DNA from: Spirochaetia bacterium
GTDB lineage: Bacteria; Spirochaetota; Spirochaetia; DSM-27196; Salinispiraceae
Direction: 5' to 3'
Length of the DNA: 64,000 bases
Assembly (NCBI GenBank): GCA_038204425.1
Contig: JBBRCZ010000011.1
Location: 36,309 to 100,308, forward strand
Positions within the stretch are counted from its first letter, which is position 1; every line of letters starts with the position of its first letter. Positions 39,406 to 50,302 of the stretch are shown piece by piece. The position numbers and the translations under genes are program-made. The notes under the pieces were generated by a model. It had not been told where the DNA came from. It was given only the letters and a program-made list of their open reading frames with translations, and did no database searches.

Positions 39406-40268
39406 TGGACGCAACCCTGCGCAAAAAGCTGCGCGAACTTGAGATTGGTGCCCTGCGTTTGGTCAGCAATCGTTTTATGGGCGAATGGTCTTCCAACGTG
39501 CGTGGTCAAGGTCTTGAGTTTCGCGACCTGCGCGAGTATGTGATTGGTGATGATGTGCGACGTTTGGACTGGAAGGCAACTGCCCGTTCTGGCAGGCCGC
39601 AGCTGCGACGTTTTAGTGAAGATCGACAACAAACTATTTGGTTGGCTCTCGACCTTTCGGCTTCTATGGAGGGCAGCAAAGCAGAAATGGCTCGTCAAAT
39701 GCTGGCAGTGTTGGGCTGGGCAGCGGTTAAGCAGGCTGATCGCTTTGGCCTGGTTGGTTTTAGTGACCACGTAGAAGTTCACTGCCCGCCGGCACGCGGG
39801 GAAGCTCAATTATGGGCTGCTTTGGAGCAGGTGCTCAGTTACCAAGCGCAGTCGCCAAAAACGGACTTGGGGCCTTTGTGGCAGTTTTTTCTCAAACAGC
39901 TGGTACATCGCAGCACCATTATAATAATGAGTGATTTTTGGGGCGGCCTTGATCAAAAAATGCTGCGGGCGCTTGCCTCAAAGCATGAGATTTTGGCCCT
40001 CCAGGTTCTTGACCCGCGCGAGCTGAGCTTTACATCTGGTGGTCTTGTTCCCATCTACGACCCTGAGACCGGTCAAAAAACTTGGGCCGATGTCAGTTCT
40101 GCTGCTAGGGCACGTAAACTTGCTCAAGCTAATGAAGCAGCTCGCCAAGAACTACGCATTGCGCTACGAAAAGCTGGCGTGTGGTACACCTGGTTTTCTA
40201 GTGCAGAGGACTTTTTGCCAGGACTCATGGAATTTTTTCATCGTCGCATGGAGGTTCTTGGTGCCTAG
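39402..40268 (+). CDS. DUF58-domain protein
   Basis: GLEFRDLREY..GDDVRRLDWKATAR, DLSASM, SDF. Confidence 0.92.
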   Translation: MMDATLRKKLRELEIGALRLVSNRFMGEWSSNVRGQGLEFRDLREYVIGDDVRRLDWKATARSGRPQLRRFSEDRQQTIWLALDLSASMEGSKAEMARQMLAVLGWAAVKQADRFGLVGFSDHVEVHCPPARGEAQLWAALEQVLSYQAQSPKTDLGPLWQFFLKQLVHRSTIIIMSDFWGGLDQKMLRALASKHEILALQVLDPRELSFTSGGLVPIYDPETGQKTWADVSSAARARKLAQANEAARQELRIALRKAGVWYTWFSSAEDFLPGLMEFFHRRMEVLGA

Positions 40269-40725
40269 TCTTAGACGCACGTTTGCCTACATGTTTTTGA
40301 TCTTGGCTGTCCTAACGTTGGCTTTCGCTTGCACAGCAGAACTCAAGCAAGGAACTTGGTCCAACGGCGAAGGTCTGGTGCTTACCTGGCAGCCTGAGTC
40401 TCCGCGGATTGGCGACTTAGTGCACTTAACGGCTTTTTACCCTGAGTCGATGGCAGTTGAAGTCAAACCTTTTGCGGTGTCTGGGCAGCAGCTAGACTAC
40501 TTAATGAGTGACTTTAGCCAGACAGGACGGCTTATCAGCTGGCGCGTGCGGATTACGCAAGTGGGAGAGTGGACCTGGGGTGAGCAAGGTCCTTTGCTTT
40601 GGAAGGTAGTCAGCGGCCTAGCCTATGAGCAGAGTCCAGAACAAGTACCGCTCAAAGTTTTTGCAGCCCAGTCTTTGTGGCACGCTTCAAAGGATCCCGT
40701 GCCTGCTGCTGGAGGCCAGAAATGA
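40261..40725 (+). CDS. Hypothetical exported/lipoprotein in the Bat operon
   Basis: GTG start overlapping the DUF58 stop; signal ending LAFAC. Confidence 0.6.
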   Translation: MPSLRRTFAYMFLILAVLTLAFACTAELKQGTWSNGEGLVLTWQPESPRIGDLVHLTAFYPESMAVEVKPFAVSGQQLDYLMSDFSQTGRLISWRVRITQVGEWTWGEQGPLLWKVVSGLAYEQSPEQVPLKVFAAQSLWHASKDPVPAAGGQK

Positions 40726-41711
40726 GCTTGCGTCAACCACTTTTGTTGTTGCTCATGCTGCCCGCCTTGGCTTGGTTTGTCTATGGTTTTTTTAAACGCA
40801 AACGGGTTAGATTTTCGCCATCCCAGCGTTTGAGCGCGCTTGGATTTAGCTGGCGAAGCAAGCTATGGTTCTTGCCAGAGCTTTTTCTCTTGGCGTTTTT
40901 TTTGGTATTTGCAGTGCTTGTGGCAGGGCCACAAACCGATCTTGGGCCAGAAAGTAGTCAAGAAGATGGACTTTCGATAGTTATTGTTTTGGATCGTTCT
41001 GGCTCAATGGGTGCGATGGTTCCCTATGAAAACCAAGAAATTTCACGTCTGGAAGGTGTTAAAGAAGTAACCAGAGACTTTCTCAAAAGCCGCAAGCAGG
41101 ACCAAATTGCTTTATTAAGTTTTGCACGGTATCCAGAGACCCACGCACCGTTGACAAGCAAGCATCAAATTATAGCCGACTTTTTGACATTCATTTCCCT
41201 GCCAAGCACCGAAAGCGAGGACGGCACGGCCATTGGTGATGCCTTGGTTTTGGCAGCAGCGCGTGTTTCTCGCAACAGCCCACAAAAAGGTCGGGTAGTG
41301 ATACTTTTAACCGACGGCCAGCACAACGCAGGCGACAAGACTCCCAACGAAGCCGCCACTCTTGTTGCAGGGCAAAAAGCGACCTTGTATACCATCGGTC
41401 TAGGAGGAAGTGGCTTTGTGGTTCAAAACACACCTCAGGGACCTCAGCAGATTGGCATGCCGGTTGTCCTCGACGAGAAGCAGCTGACAGCCATAGCTGA
41501 GGCAACGGGGGGCAGGTACTTTAGAGCTGACAATATTGCTGCACTCGCTGGTTTGTACAATGCCATCGCAGGTCAAGAAACTGCCAAACTCAATCAGGAC
41601 CAAGAAAGGCAGTCCGAGCTCAATCTAAACTGGGGTATCTGGCTTTTGGTGCTTTTCTTATTGGTTCAAATGTTTAGCCGCTATTACGTGCTAAAAAGAG
41701 GGGAACTATGA
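40722..41711 (+). CDS. batA: BatA-like vWA protein
   Basis: DRSGSM MIDAS, GTAIGDAL, LLTDG, TGGRYFRA. Confidence 0.85.
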   Translation: MSLRQPLLLLLMLPALAWFVYGFFKRKRVRFSPSQRLSALGFSWRSKLWFLPELFLLAFFLVFAVLVAGPQTDLGPESSQEDGLSIVIVLDRSGSMGAMVPYENQEISRLEGVKEVTRDFLKSRKQDQIALLSFARYPETHAPLTSKHQIIADFLTFISLPSTESEDGTAIGDALVLAAARVSRNSPQKGRVVILLTDGQHNAGDKTPNEAATLVAGQKATLYTIGLGGSGFVVQNTPQGPQQIGMPVVLDEKQLTAIAEATGGRYFRADNIAALAGLYNAIAGQETAKLNQDQERQSELNLNWGIWLLVLFLLVQMFSRYYVLKRGEL

Positions 41712-42631
41712 CCTTTTTAAACCCTCAGTTTTTTTTACTGTTGTTGATTATTCCTGGCTTTTACTTGCTGGTATTTTTTGGCCGCAAAAAAAATGCGGCC
41801 TGGCAAAAGGTTTGGGGCCTAGACGCAGGAGCCAAGGGTCGCTGGTCTGCCCTCTTGTGGTCCTTGTCTTTGATGTTTTTAATCCTTGCCTTAACACGAC
41901 CAGTTTGGGACCCGCAGCCAATCAAGCACCATCGAAGTGGCCAAGAAACAGTCTTCTTGATCGATGTTTCGCGCTCGATGCTGACGCCGGATATTGAGGG
42001 GCAGCCGCGCCTCGAGGCGGTTAAACGCGCTATCGCTGACCTCTTGCCAGACATTGAGGGTGACCAGCTGTCTTTGGTGGCATTTGCCGGTAGCACCGTA
42101 GTAAAATGTCCTTTGACCAACGATTTTGACTATTTTCGTGAATCACTGCAAATGCTTGACCCGAGTGCAATCTCAAGAGGCGGGACCTTGGTAGGTGACG
42201 CTCTACGTCAAGTCGCGCGGGATTTTTTGCGGCCTGGGCGCAGTACCACTGTTTGGCTCTTTACTGATGGTGGCGACCAAGAGAGTTTTCCGCTTGAAGC
42301 GGCGCGCGACTTTGGACAAGCGGGTGGAAGGCTATTTGTGTGGGGAATAGGCAGCAAGTTAGGTGGTGAAGTGCCCGATAGGCAAGTCTCGTCAGTGCCC
42401 AACGAAGAACTTCTACAGGGTATGGCAGCAGCGGTAAAGGGCGGCGCCTACTGGGGCATCGAAACAACACTTTGGCAACTTAACAATAAATACAAGAGTA
42501 ATCGCTTGGACAGTAGAACAAGTGAGCTGACAACAGTTATATGGCAAGAAGGATCGTGGTGGCTGGTTTGGCCGGCTGCGGCACTGATGGTCTTGGAGAT
42601 CGTTTTGCGCAGACGAAAGAAGGCCAAGTGA
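41708..42631 (+). CDS. batB: BatB-like vWA protein
   Basis: DVSRSM, FAG...CPLTND, FTDG. Confidence 0.85.
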   Translation: MTFLNPQFFLLLLIIPGFYLLVFFGRKKNAAWQKVWGLDAGAKGRWSALLWSLSLMFLILALTRPVWDPQPIKHHRSGQETVFLIDVSRSMLTPDIEGQPRLEAVKRAIADLLPDIEGDQLSLVAFAGSTVVKCPLTNDFDYFRESLQMLDPSAISRGGTLVGDALRQVARDFLRPGRSTTVWLFTDGGDQESFPLEAARDFGQAGGRLFVWGIGSKLGGEVPDRQVSSVPNEELLQGMAAAVKGGAYWGIETTLWQLNNKYKSNRLDSRTSELTTVIWQEGSWWLVWPAAALMVLEIVLRRRKKAK

Positions 42632-43302
42632 TGAAATTTGTAAGAGCGGCTGGGTTGTACTTGTGCATTCTGCTTGTGGCGGGCTGTGCACCAAGTGAGG
42701 CAGATTTTGTAACGCCTGCTGATCAAGAAAGCCTTGTCCGCTTGGAAGAAAAAACAGTAAGTGATGGGCCAAGCAAACAAGATCGTGCCAAACTATTCTT
42801 TCTTTGGGGACAAGAGCTGGCTCAAGCGGCAAAAGATGGCAAAACGCTTGCAAAAGCAATTGCCGCCTTTGAGCGGGTAGTGGATCTTGGTGTGATTTTG
42901 CAGGATGAGAGCCGGTACAATTTGGAAATTCTCTATCAAAGGCAAAAAGAGCAAGACAAGCAGGACCAGCAACAAGACAAGCAAGATAAACAGGATCAGC
43001 AACAAGACCAGCAAGATAAACAGGATCAGCAACAAGACCAGCAAGATAAACAGGATCAGCCACAAGACCAGCAAAAAGGCGATCAAGAGCAGAACCAAGA
43101 AAAAAGCCAGGAGAACTCCAATCAGCAGAACGACCGAGCCCAAGCCCAAGCCCAAGACCAAGCGCAGGACATGTCGTCATTGGTGCGCCAAAAGCAAGGT
43201 GAGTCCGAACTTGAGCAGGCCATGCAAGCTGAGCAAGAACGTCGGCAACAACAAGAACAAAACAATTGGGGTGGCATAGTGCCGCCAGATAAGGACTGGT
43301 AG
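42631..43302 (+). CDS. batC: BatC-like TPR protein with Gln/Asp-rich tail
   Basis: RYNLE, Q/D/K repeats, terminal KDW. Confidence 0.75.
   Translation: MKFVRAAGLYLCILLVAGCAPSEADFVTPADQESLVRLEEKTVSDGPSKQDRAKLFFLWGQELAQAAKDGKTLAKAIAAFERVVDLGVILQDESRYNLEILYQRQKEQDKQDQQQDKQDKQDQQQDQQDKQDQQQDQQDKQDQPQDQQKGDQEQNQEKSQENSNQQNDRAQAQAQDQAQDMSSLVRQKQGESELEQAMQAEQERRQQQEQNNWGGIVPPDKDW
42950..43074 (+). repeat. 30-nt coding tandem repeat (~4 copies) in batC
   Basis: CAGGATCAGCAACAAGACCAGCAAGATAAA repeated. Confidence 0.9.
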
Positions 43303-45048
43303 ATGAAGAAACGAATCCTAGCAATGCTCGTCTGCTTGACGATTGGCGGCGGATATTTGGCAGCTCAATCAATAAGTGCTCGCTGGCAGTTGGAATCCGA
43401 CCAGGCAGTAGTGGGGCAAGGTTTGCGACTCACTATTCAAGTTCAAGGAACTGATTCTATTCAAATACCGCAGTTTTCTATAGACGGCGTTGAAATTGAC
43501 TGGCAGGGTGGGCAACCGTCAAGTTCTAGTTCGGTAATTATACGCAATGGCGTGCGTCAGAGTACCGTCACTAGGTCGTTTGTCGGTTCTTGGAGTCTCA
43601 AAAGTCAAAAAAGTGGGCGCTACCGATTTGCGGGTCTGCGCATCAACGTTGCTGGTCAAACTATAGAACTTGCACCCTTTGAATGGGTGGTCAAAGAAGC
43701 CCAACAAGACGAGCGCTACCAGCTCAAGCAAAGCCTCAATCAAACCATTGGCATACTTGGTGTGGATCTGGAGTATAGCTTGGTATGGTATTTGGCAGAG
43801 TCGGCCCGCGCACCTGACTTTAGTATTGCGCTCTTAGAAAACAAAGACCTAGAGTTTATCGCTGACCTCAATCAAGCCTATGCCGGTCGAGATGTTTTTC
43901 AACTGCAATATCGGTCGCTGCAACTGATTGGGATCAAAAGCAGCGAACAGATTAACGGTCGCGATTTTACCAAGGTGAGTTTTAAGATCAAGTTTAGGCC
44001 GCGCAAAAGCGCCCGTTACGAGCTCTCGCCAACCATGGTAAGCTTTGAAGGTGTAGCCGGAACACACAAAGTGAGAGATTTTTTTAACCGCACTATAGAA
44101 GAACCCTACTATCGCACCTTGGCCGCCAAGGCAAATGCTCTGGTTCTGGAAGTAAAAGACCTACCTCAGCAGGGCAAGCCAGCGGCCTTTTCTGGCCTGA
44201 TCGGAAAGCTCAAACTTACTTGGAAGGGCGCGGCCGGTCCGTATCGCCTTGGTGAACCAATTAGACTAAACCTTGCCTTAGATGGCGTTGCCAACCTGCC
44301 TGACCTTGATCTTGACTATATGGTTACCCAAACCCTGTCCAAAAATGACTTTAGCATAGTCAGTGACCCGACTGCCAACGCAGCATTGGCCGATCCGGCA
44401 AACAACAAGGTCCAAGCCAGTCCCATTGTTAGAGCCTTTATTTTACGGGCGCGCAAACCCGGATTGTTAATTGTACCCCAACTTACCCTCAGCTACTTTG
44501 ATCCGCAGTCTAATAGCTATGGACTGGCCTCTAGCCAAAAACTAGAGCTTGGCATAGAAGGTGAACTCGTTGGCGACAATGTGGTAACGGCTGGAGCAAC
44601 AAGCTTGGATCAAGGCAGTGCACAGGTTTCGACAAGAGCAGCACTGCTCAATCCTCCGGGGCTGCCGGCTTACAGCAGCTGGTCATTGCCATGGTATCTA
44701 TGGTCTTTGCCAGGTTTTGTGGCGGCGCTAGTTCTTGTATCGCTTGGCTTGTGGCGACATTCGGCCCATCGGCAGCTATTGGTGCAACGGAAACACTGGC
44801 GCTCAAACCTGCGCCAACTCAACGTGCAGACTGGACGGCTCGCCTTAGAAGAAGGAAGGCGGCGCCTAGAAGCCTTATGCCAGCCAGGTGCATTGTGGCG
44901 CACGCAACTTGAATCACATGGCGTGCTTGCTGATGTAACCAGACACTGGCGTAGCTGGGACGAAGCCTATTTTGACCAAGGACGTGACAACGAAGACTGG
45001 AACAAACGTTGGCAAGAAATTCTACAAGCCCTTGGAGCACTAAAATGA
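43303..45048 (+). CDS. batD: BatD-like protein
   Basis: Signal peptide, LP...FSGLIG, YFDP, C-terminal TM; operon position. Confidence 0.8.
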   Translation: MKKRILAMLVCLTIGGGYLAAQSISARWQLESDQAVVGQGLRLTIQVQGTDSIQIPQFSIDGVEIDWQGGQPSSSSSVIIRNGVRQSTVTRSFVGSWSLKSQKSGRYRFAGLRINVAGQTIELAPFEWVVKEAQQDERYQLKQSLNQTIGILGVDLEYSLVWYLAESARAPDFSIALLENKDLEFIADLNQAYAGRDVFQLQYRSLQLIGIKSSEQINGRDFTKVSFKIKFRPRKSARYELSPTMVSFEGVAGTHKVRDFFNRTIEEPYYRTLAAKANALVLEVKDLPQQGKPAAFSGLIGKLKLTWKGAAGPYRLGEPIRLNLALDGVANLPDLDLDYMVTQTLSKNDFSIVSDPTANAALADPANNKVQASPIVRAFILRARKPGLLIVPQLTLSYFDPQSNSYGLASSQKLELGIEGELVGDNVVTAGATSLDQGSAQVSTRAALLNPPGLPAYSSWSLPWYLWSLPGFVAALVLVSLGLWRHSAHRQLLVQRKHWRSNLRQLNVQTGRLALEEGRRRLEALCQPGALWRTQLESHGVLADVTRHWRSWDEAYFDQGRDNEDWNKRWQEILQALGALK

Positions 45049-45815
45049 AAAGCTTTTTGAATAAACCAGCCCTGTGGTTTTTTGCGCTACTGCCACTTGC
45101 GGCACTACCATTGGCTTCGCAGTCCGCTCAGTCCGTGCAGAGTAAACCTGCGCCTTTGAGTCTATTTGAGCAAGCGATAACTGAGCGCGAACAAAGTCCT
45201 GACCCCAAAGCGGGTCAAGCCTTGTTTGAACAGTCAGCGCAAGCATTTGAGTCTATGGCCGAGCAGGACCACGCGTTGTGGTATGAAGCAGGTAACGCGC
45301 GCTGGTGGGCCGGGCAGGCCGGCTTGGCCGTACTCAACTACCGAAGGTTTCTCTCGCATGATCCTTTCCGCAACGAAGTTTGGGAAAACCTAGCACAAGC
45401 AAGGCTGGCGGCACAGACCATAGAACTTGCTGGCGAGGGACTAGGATCCTGGCCATGGTCACTTTGGTTCTTGACGTCAGCCGGTATCAGCCTTAGCTTT
45501 GCCGCTCTGACCTTGGCGCTAAAAATTTATACAAGAAAAACTGTCTTTGCTCGACTCGGACTCGGACTAGGCATTGCATGCCTGGTCTTTGCACTTGCCG
45601 CCACAATTAGTCAGGCCAACAGGCCGCAACTTGGCGTAGTTTTGATAGAAACACAAGGCCGTAAAGGCGATAGCGAAGTCTATGCCATCTGGCCCGAAGC
45701 CGCCTTAAAATTGGGCCAAGAAGTTTGGATCAAAGAAGAAAGAGACGGCTGGTTTCGGGTAGAATTGGGGCAAACAAGCACTTGGCTGCGAGCATCTGTT
45801 GTGCGTTTGTTGTAA
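45045..45815 (+). CDS. batE: BatE-like TPR-TM-SH3 protein
   Basis: YEAGNA...NYRR...NL TPR, TMs, DGWFRV SH3-like end. Confidence 0.75.
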   Translation: MKSFLNKPALWFFALLPLAALPLASQSAQSVQSKPAPLSLFEQAITEREQSPDPKAGQALFEQSAQAFESMAEQDHALWYEAGNARWWAGQAGLAVLNYRRFLSHDPFRNEVWENLAQARLAAQTIELAGEGLGSWPWSLWFLTSAGISLSFAALTLALKIYTRKTVFARLGLGLGIACLVFALAATISQANRPQLGVVLIETQGRKGDSEVYAIWPEAALKLGQEVWIKEERDGWFRVELGQTSTWLRASVVRLL

Positions 45816-45831
45816 GTGCCGCAGCGCCTGA

Positions 45832-48210
45832 TTATTTCTTCCACCGCCATTCCAGTATTTCGGGCATGTCTTTTCCATGTTTTTTGATGTACTTGCTGTG
45901 TTCTACGAGTTTGGCTTTGAGCATCTGCTCCACAGCCGCGTCCTTGGCTGAGGGTGCTAAGTGTTTAATCACATCCAGAACCAGGTGAAACCGATCTAAG
46001 TCATTCAGTACGGTCATATCAAAGGTGGTAGTAATAGTACCCTCTTCTTTATAGCCATGGACGTGCATGTTCTTGTGATTAGTGCGGCTATAAGTTAGGC
46101 GATGCACTAGAGAAGGATAGCCGTGAAATGCAAAGATAACAGGTTTGTCAGTAGTAAACAGGGCGTCAAAGGCTTGGTCGCTCAGTCCGTGCGGGTGCTC
46201 GGATTGAGACTGCAGTTTCATGAGGTCAACAACATTGATCAAACGAATCTTAAGCTCGGGTAGATGCTCACGAAGAATCGAAACAGCGGCAAGTGCCTCC
46301 ATGGTGGGTACATCGCCGCAGCAAGCTATCACGACATCGGGTTCTCCACCCTCGTCGGTTGATGCCCAGTCCCAAACCCCGATGCCTTTGGTGCAGTGCG
46401 CCACAGCATCATCAATCGACAGCCACTGTGGTGCTGGATACTTACCAGCAACTACGACGTTTACATAATCTTTGCTGCGCAGACAGTGATCCCAAACCGA
46501 CAAAAGGCAATTGGCATCAGGTGGTAGATACACCCGGATAATCGACGCTTTTTTGTTGACCACATGATCCAAAAAACCCGGATCTTGGTGAGTGAACCCG
46601 TTGTGAGCCTGTTGCCATACATGAGAGGCAAGCAGATAGTTTAAGGATGAAATCGGCTTTCTCCAAGGAATGTCTGCAGTGACCTTAAGCCACTTGGCAT
46701 GCTGATTAAACATCGAATCAATAATATGGATGAAGGCCTCATAGCTGTTGAACATTCCATGCCGGCCAGTTAACAAGTAGCCTTCTAGCCAACCCTGGCA
46801 CTGATGCTCGCTGAGCATTTCCATTACCCTTCCGTCACTTGCAAGAAACTCATCATTGCTTTTTGTCTTTGCTATCCATTGCCGGTCGGTTGTATCAAAT
46901 ACAGCATTTAATCTATTGGACAGCGTTTCATCGGGTCCAAAAATCCTGTAGTTACGTTGCTCTTGGTTGAGTCTGATCACGCCACTGAGAAACTCTCCCA
47001 GCACATGCGCATCAGCGGCTTGCACCAAACCAGGACTATGAACGTCAACTGCGTATTTCCTAAAGTCAGGCACCGCTAGCTCTTGCAGCAAGAGCCCACC
47101 GTTAGCGTGAGGATTAGCACCCATTCTGCGCTCACCCTTTGGCGCCAAGTCGGCCAAGTCCGGGTTAAAGGTTCCTCTCTCGTCAAACAGCTCTTCTGGT
47201 CGATAGCTTTTCAACCAAGACTCCAACAATTGCAAGTGACCAGGATGCTGGGCATCTACGTGTAAAGGAACCTGATGTGAGCGGAAAGTCCCCTCTATTT
47301 TTAAACCGTCGACAAACTCCGGACCAGTCCAGCCCTTGGGCGAATTGAGAACAATCATTGGCCAACGAGGGCGCGAAGCACGCTTGTTTTTCCGTGCGTT
47401 TTTTTGGATTCGTTTGATGTCTTTTATCGTTTTTTCCACTGCGGCAGCCATCAGGCGATGCATTTTTTCGGGCTTATCTCCTTCAACGAAGTAAGGCGTC
47501 CAGCCGTAGCCGCGCAGCAATTGATCTAATTCTTTATGGCTAATGCGGGCCAGTACCGTTGGGTTAGCAATCTTATAACCGTTGAGGTGAAGTATAGGAA
47601 GAACAGCTCCATCAGTAATCGGGTTGAGAAATTTATTGGAATGCCAAGAAGTTGCAAGCGGACCCGTCTCGGCCTCTCCATCGCCGACAACACAGGCTAC
47701 GATCAGGTCTGGATTATCAAATGCGGCGCCAAAGGCGTGACTAAGCGAATAACCAAGTTCGCCACCCTCATGAATGGAACCAGGACATTCGGGAGAAACA
47801 TGGCTGGGAATGCCACCAGGAAAGGAAAACTGTCGGAAAAGCTTTTTGAGGCCCGCGCTATCCTGAGAGATATCAGGGTAAAACTCGCTATAAGTTCCTT
47901 CTAGGTAGACATTTCCTACAATGCCGGGGCCGCCATGACCGGGACCAGAAACATAAATCATATCGAGGTCAAATTTCTTTATAACCCGATTAAGGTGCAC
48001 ATAGATAAAGTTCTGTCCCGAAGTGGTTCCCCAATGCCCAAGAAGGGTGGGCTTTACGTGCTCTAGAGCAAGCGGCTCTTTGAGTAAAGGATTGTCGTAG
48101 AGAAAAATTTGGCCAACCGACAAATAATTGGAAGCGCGCCAATAAGCATCCATTTTTTGCAACTCATCAGAAGTCGCGATAGGTCTAATTGCGGTCTTTT
48201 TTGTCTTCAC
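45832..48210 (-). CDS. xfp: Xylulose-5-phosphate/fructose-6-phosphate phosphoketolase
   Basis: [33 protein letters not shown] start after GGAGG. Confidence 0.95.
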   Translation of the reverse strand: MKTKKTAIRPIATSDELQKMDAYWRASNYLSVGQIFLYDNPLLKEPLALEHVKPTLLGHWGTTSGQNFIYVHLNRVIKKFDLDMIYVSGPGHGGPGIVGNVYLEGTYSEFYPDISQDSAGLKKLFRQFSFPGGIPSHVSPECPGSIHEGGELGYSLSHAFGAAFDNPDLIVACVVGDGEAETGPLATSWHSNKFLNPITDGAVLPILHLNGYKIANPTVLARISHKELDQLLRGYGWTPYFVEGDKPEKMHRLMAAAVEKTIKDIKRIQKNARKNKRASRPRWPMIVLNSPKGWTGPEFVDGLKIEGTFRSHQVPLHVDAQHPGHLQLLESWLKSYRPEELFDERGTFNPDLADLAPKGERRMGANPHANGGLLLQELAVPDFRKYAVDVHSPGLVQAADAHVLGEFLSGVIRLNQEQRNYRIFGPDETLSNRLNAVFDTTDRQWIAKTKSNDEFLASDGRVMEMLSEHQCQGWLEGYLLTGRHGMFNSYEAFIHIIDSMFNQHAKWLKVTADIPWRKPISSLNYLLASHVWQQAHNGFTHQDPGFLDHVVNKKASIIRVYLPPDANCLLSVWDHCLRSKDYVNVVVAGKYPAPQWLSIDDAVAHCTKGIGVWDWASTDEGGEPDVVIACCGDVPTMEALAAVSILREHLPELKIRLINVVDLMKLQSQSEHPHGLSDQAFDALFTTDKPVIFAFHGYPSLVHRLTYSRTNHKNMHVHGYKEEGTITTTFDMTVLNDLDRFHLVLDVIKHLAPSAKDAAVEQMLKAKLVEHSKYIKKHGKDMPEILEWRWKK

Positions 48211-48359
48211 TAGTTTGATACCTCCCAAGTGTAAACAAAAATAAGGAGTTTTGGTGGTGGCGGTCTGTTCGATTGACCACATAGTGGCTATTCACCCGAA
48301 AACTATCTTGACAGGTACTGAATCGATGCAACTGTTAGAATTGGAAAATAAAAAGCAGA

Positions 48360-49492
48360 CTAAATCAGTAAACCCTTTGGTAAAGTTTCCGCGATCTTGC
48401 ATCCCTTTTCAACCTTTTCGATAATGCCTGAGTTTCGCGTCTTCTCGATAAAATAACGGACCCGGCGATTAAAATCATCAAATTCCTTCACCGCCGAATT
48501 TTTTTCTTTTGCGGCCCATAAATAATGGGCAACTTGACGGGCATTCGGATATCGCGAGGACGAAAAATGATTAAACCGATACAAAGCATTTACGACCGGT
48601 TTTGCAACATCGTCATTAAGAGATACAAAAAACTCGGGGTCAGCTATATGAACAGTTTCCATCATTTCGGTAGCTTCCAGAACTTCATTAACCGTTTCTC
48701 GAAGAAGCTGTTCCGGATACTGGGGTATACCAGTCCCACCGTCCTGACTGGATGTGCCCCTATAGGTATTCCGGGTAACATATGAAAATCCGTTTTCCAT
48801 CAAACTGAGAACAGACCCTGAGTAGTCCTGCTTGTCACCTGCAACGGTATTAGGCACATCAATATATGCATTTAACTGCACCCTAAATTCCAAAAAGAAC
48901 ATTGCAGAACGAATATCAGCCTTTATAGTCTCTACCTTGACCGGACGATTAATTTCCTGAATATAGGAATTCAATTGATCCAGATCTATGTCTTTGATAG
49001 AGGATTCCTCAACCGGTAAAAGTTCGCGCGCTTGAATCAGAGACTCAACATATTCTTCCTGTTTTTCGATTTCATTTGGCTTTAGCTTAGTGTCGCCAGT
49101 CAATATTCGGCAACATATAATAGAACTATATTACCATCCAAAAATGGTTTGATCATTGGTGGAAGGAAAACATCGGATACATCAATTTTGCTACCGTTTT
49201 TTTGGTTGTATCTCTTATTCAGTTCAACAATCTTTTCTTCACAATCTCCTCTGTAGTCTGTATGAATATAACGGAGCTTTCCATCGAATTTTTTTTCTTC
49301 CTTGATTCCAAGAATCAAAATTCCACCGCGAGTATTCATGAAAGCACAGGCAGATTTATATCGTTCATCCCACTTGCCGTGATCAGAAGGAATCGGTTTA
49401 ATCTCGATAGTATCACTTTCCAATTGTTCATACGTTCCCTGACGGACATGATTGGCGAGTTTTTCAAGAATTATATCTATTGTTGACATCAA
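48360..49492 (-). pseudogene. Split Schlafen/AlbA_2-domain ATP-binding protein
   Basis: EIK...SACAFMNTRGGILILGIKE AlbA_2 core; continues in another frame near 49100; YPEQLLRETVN of the HATPase-like part then apparently deleted. Confidence 0.6.
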
Positions 49493-50302
49493 ACTATTAC
49501 TTTCTTTTACTGATTATACCAGAAAATGTTGAATAACTCATACCACTCTCAATTCAATCTCTCTTATCAGTTCATCGCGCCGCTCTTCTATCACGTCTTG
49601 GGCTTCGAAGAGGTTCTTTCATTTGGTACGGCAAGTCTGTTCCAGAGTTTCTCGACCTTGCCTGAGGTTGCTTGTTTAGGGCCTTTTCTGTAATTTCAAT
49701 ACTTTCACCTTCAATTGTACCATCAAAGAAAAACATGCGCCGAACCCAATCGTGCTCGATTATGGTGCCGTAAAGTGTCGCCAATAAAAACTTTCATTTC
49801 AGGAATTTTGCGTTCTTTCGGCGAAACTTGGATTTTTTCCAAAATCGCAACCGATTCTCCTCCCCTGTTGCTCGGGCGAGCAGCGAGCTATGCTCGAGGC
49901 CAGCCCGGTCGATAATCTTGCGTAGCTCCTAAGGATCCTCGTTTACCTTCTTTAAGAGTTGGGCCCGTGAGGCTGGTCGACTAAAAAGAAAACTGGTATG
50001 GCTACTCCGCCATGCCCCCATCGATGGATTGAAATCAGTTTGCCCAAACTTGGCTATCTCTATTATGGACAAAACAACAGCTTCCAAAAACCATCTTCCT
50101 TAGGGAAAAATTTCAAATTTTTGCATAGATATTCACTGGGTACCTGATAATTTACCTTTTATACAAAAAAAATATTACAAAAATAATAATTTGACGGCAG
50201 ACCAAAGCCGGTGTAGCATGGACAAAATAGCGGCGCCGCTTGCTTACGTTGTGGGCATGGGGCGACTTTAGTCCGCACAAAGTAGTTTTAAGGATTATCA
50301 TC

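Noticed and set aside
42950..43074. 30-nt repeats as a possible CRISPR array
   Set aside because: Head-to-tail with no spacers, in frame within batC, and no cas genes.
42413..43372. 319-aa minus-strand ORF and similar antisense ORFs over Ser/Thr linkers
   Set aside because: Shadows of low-complexity coding sequence on the opposite strand.
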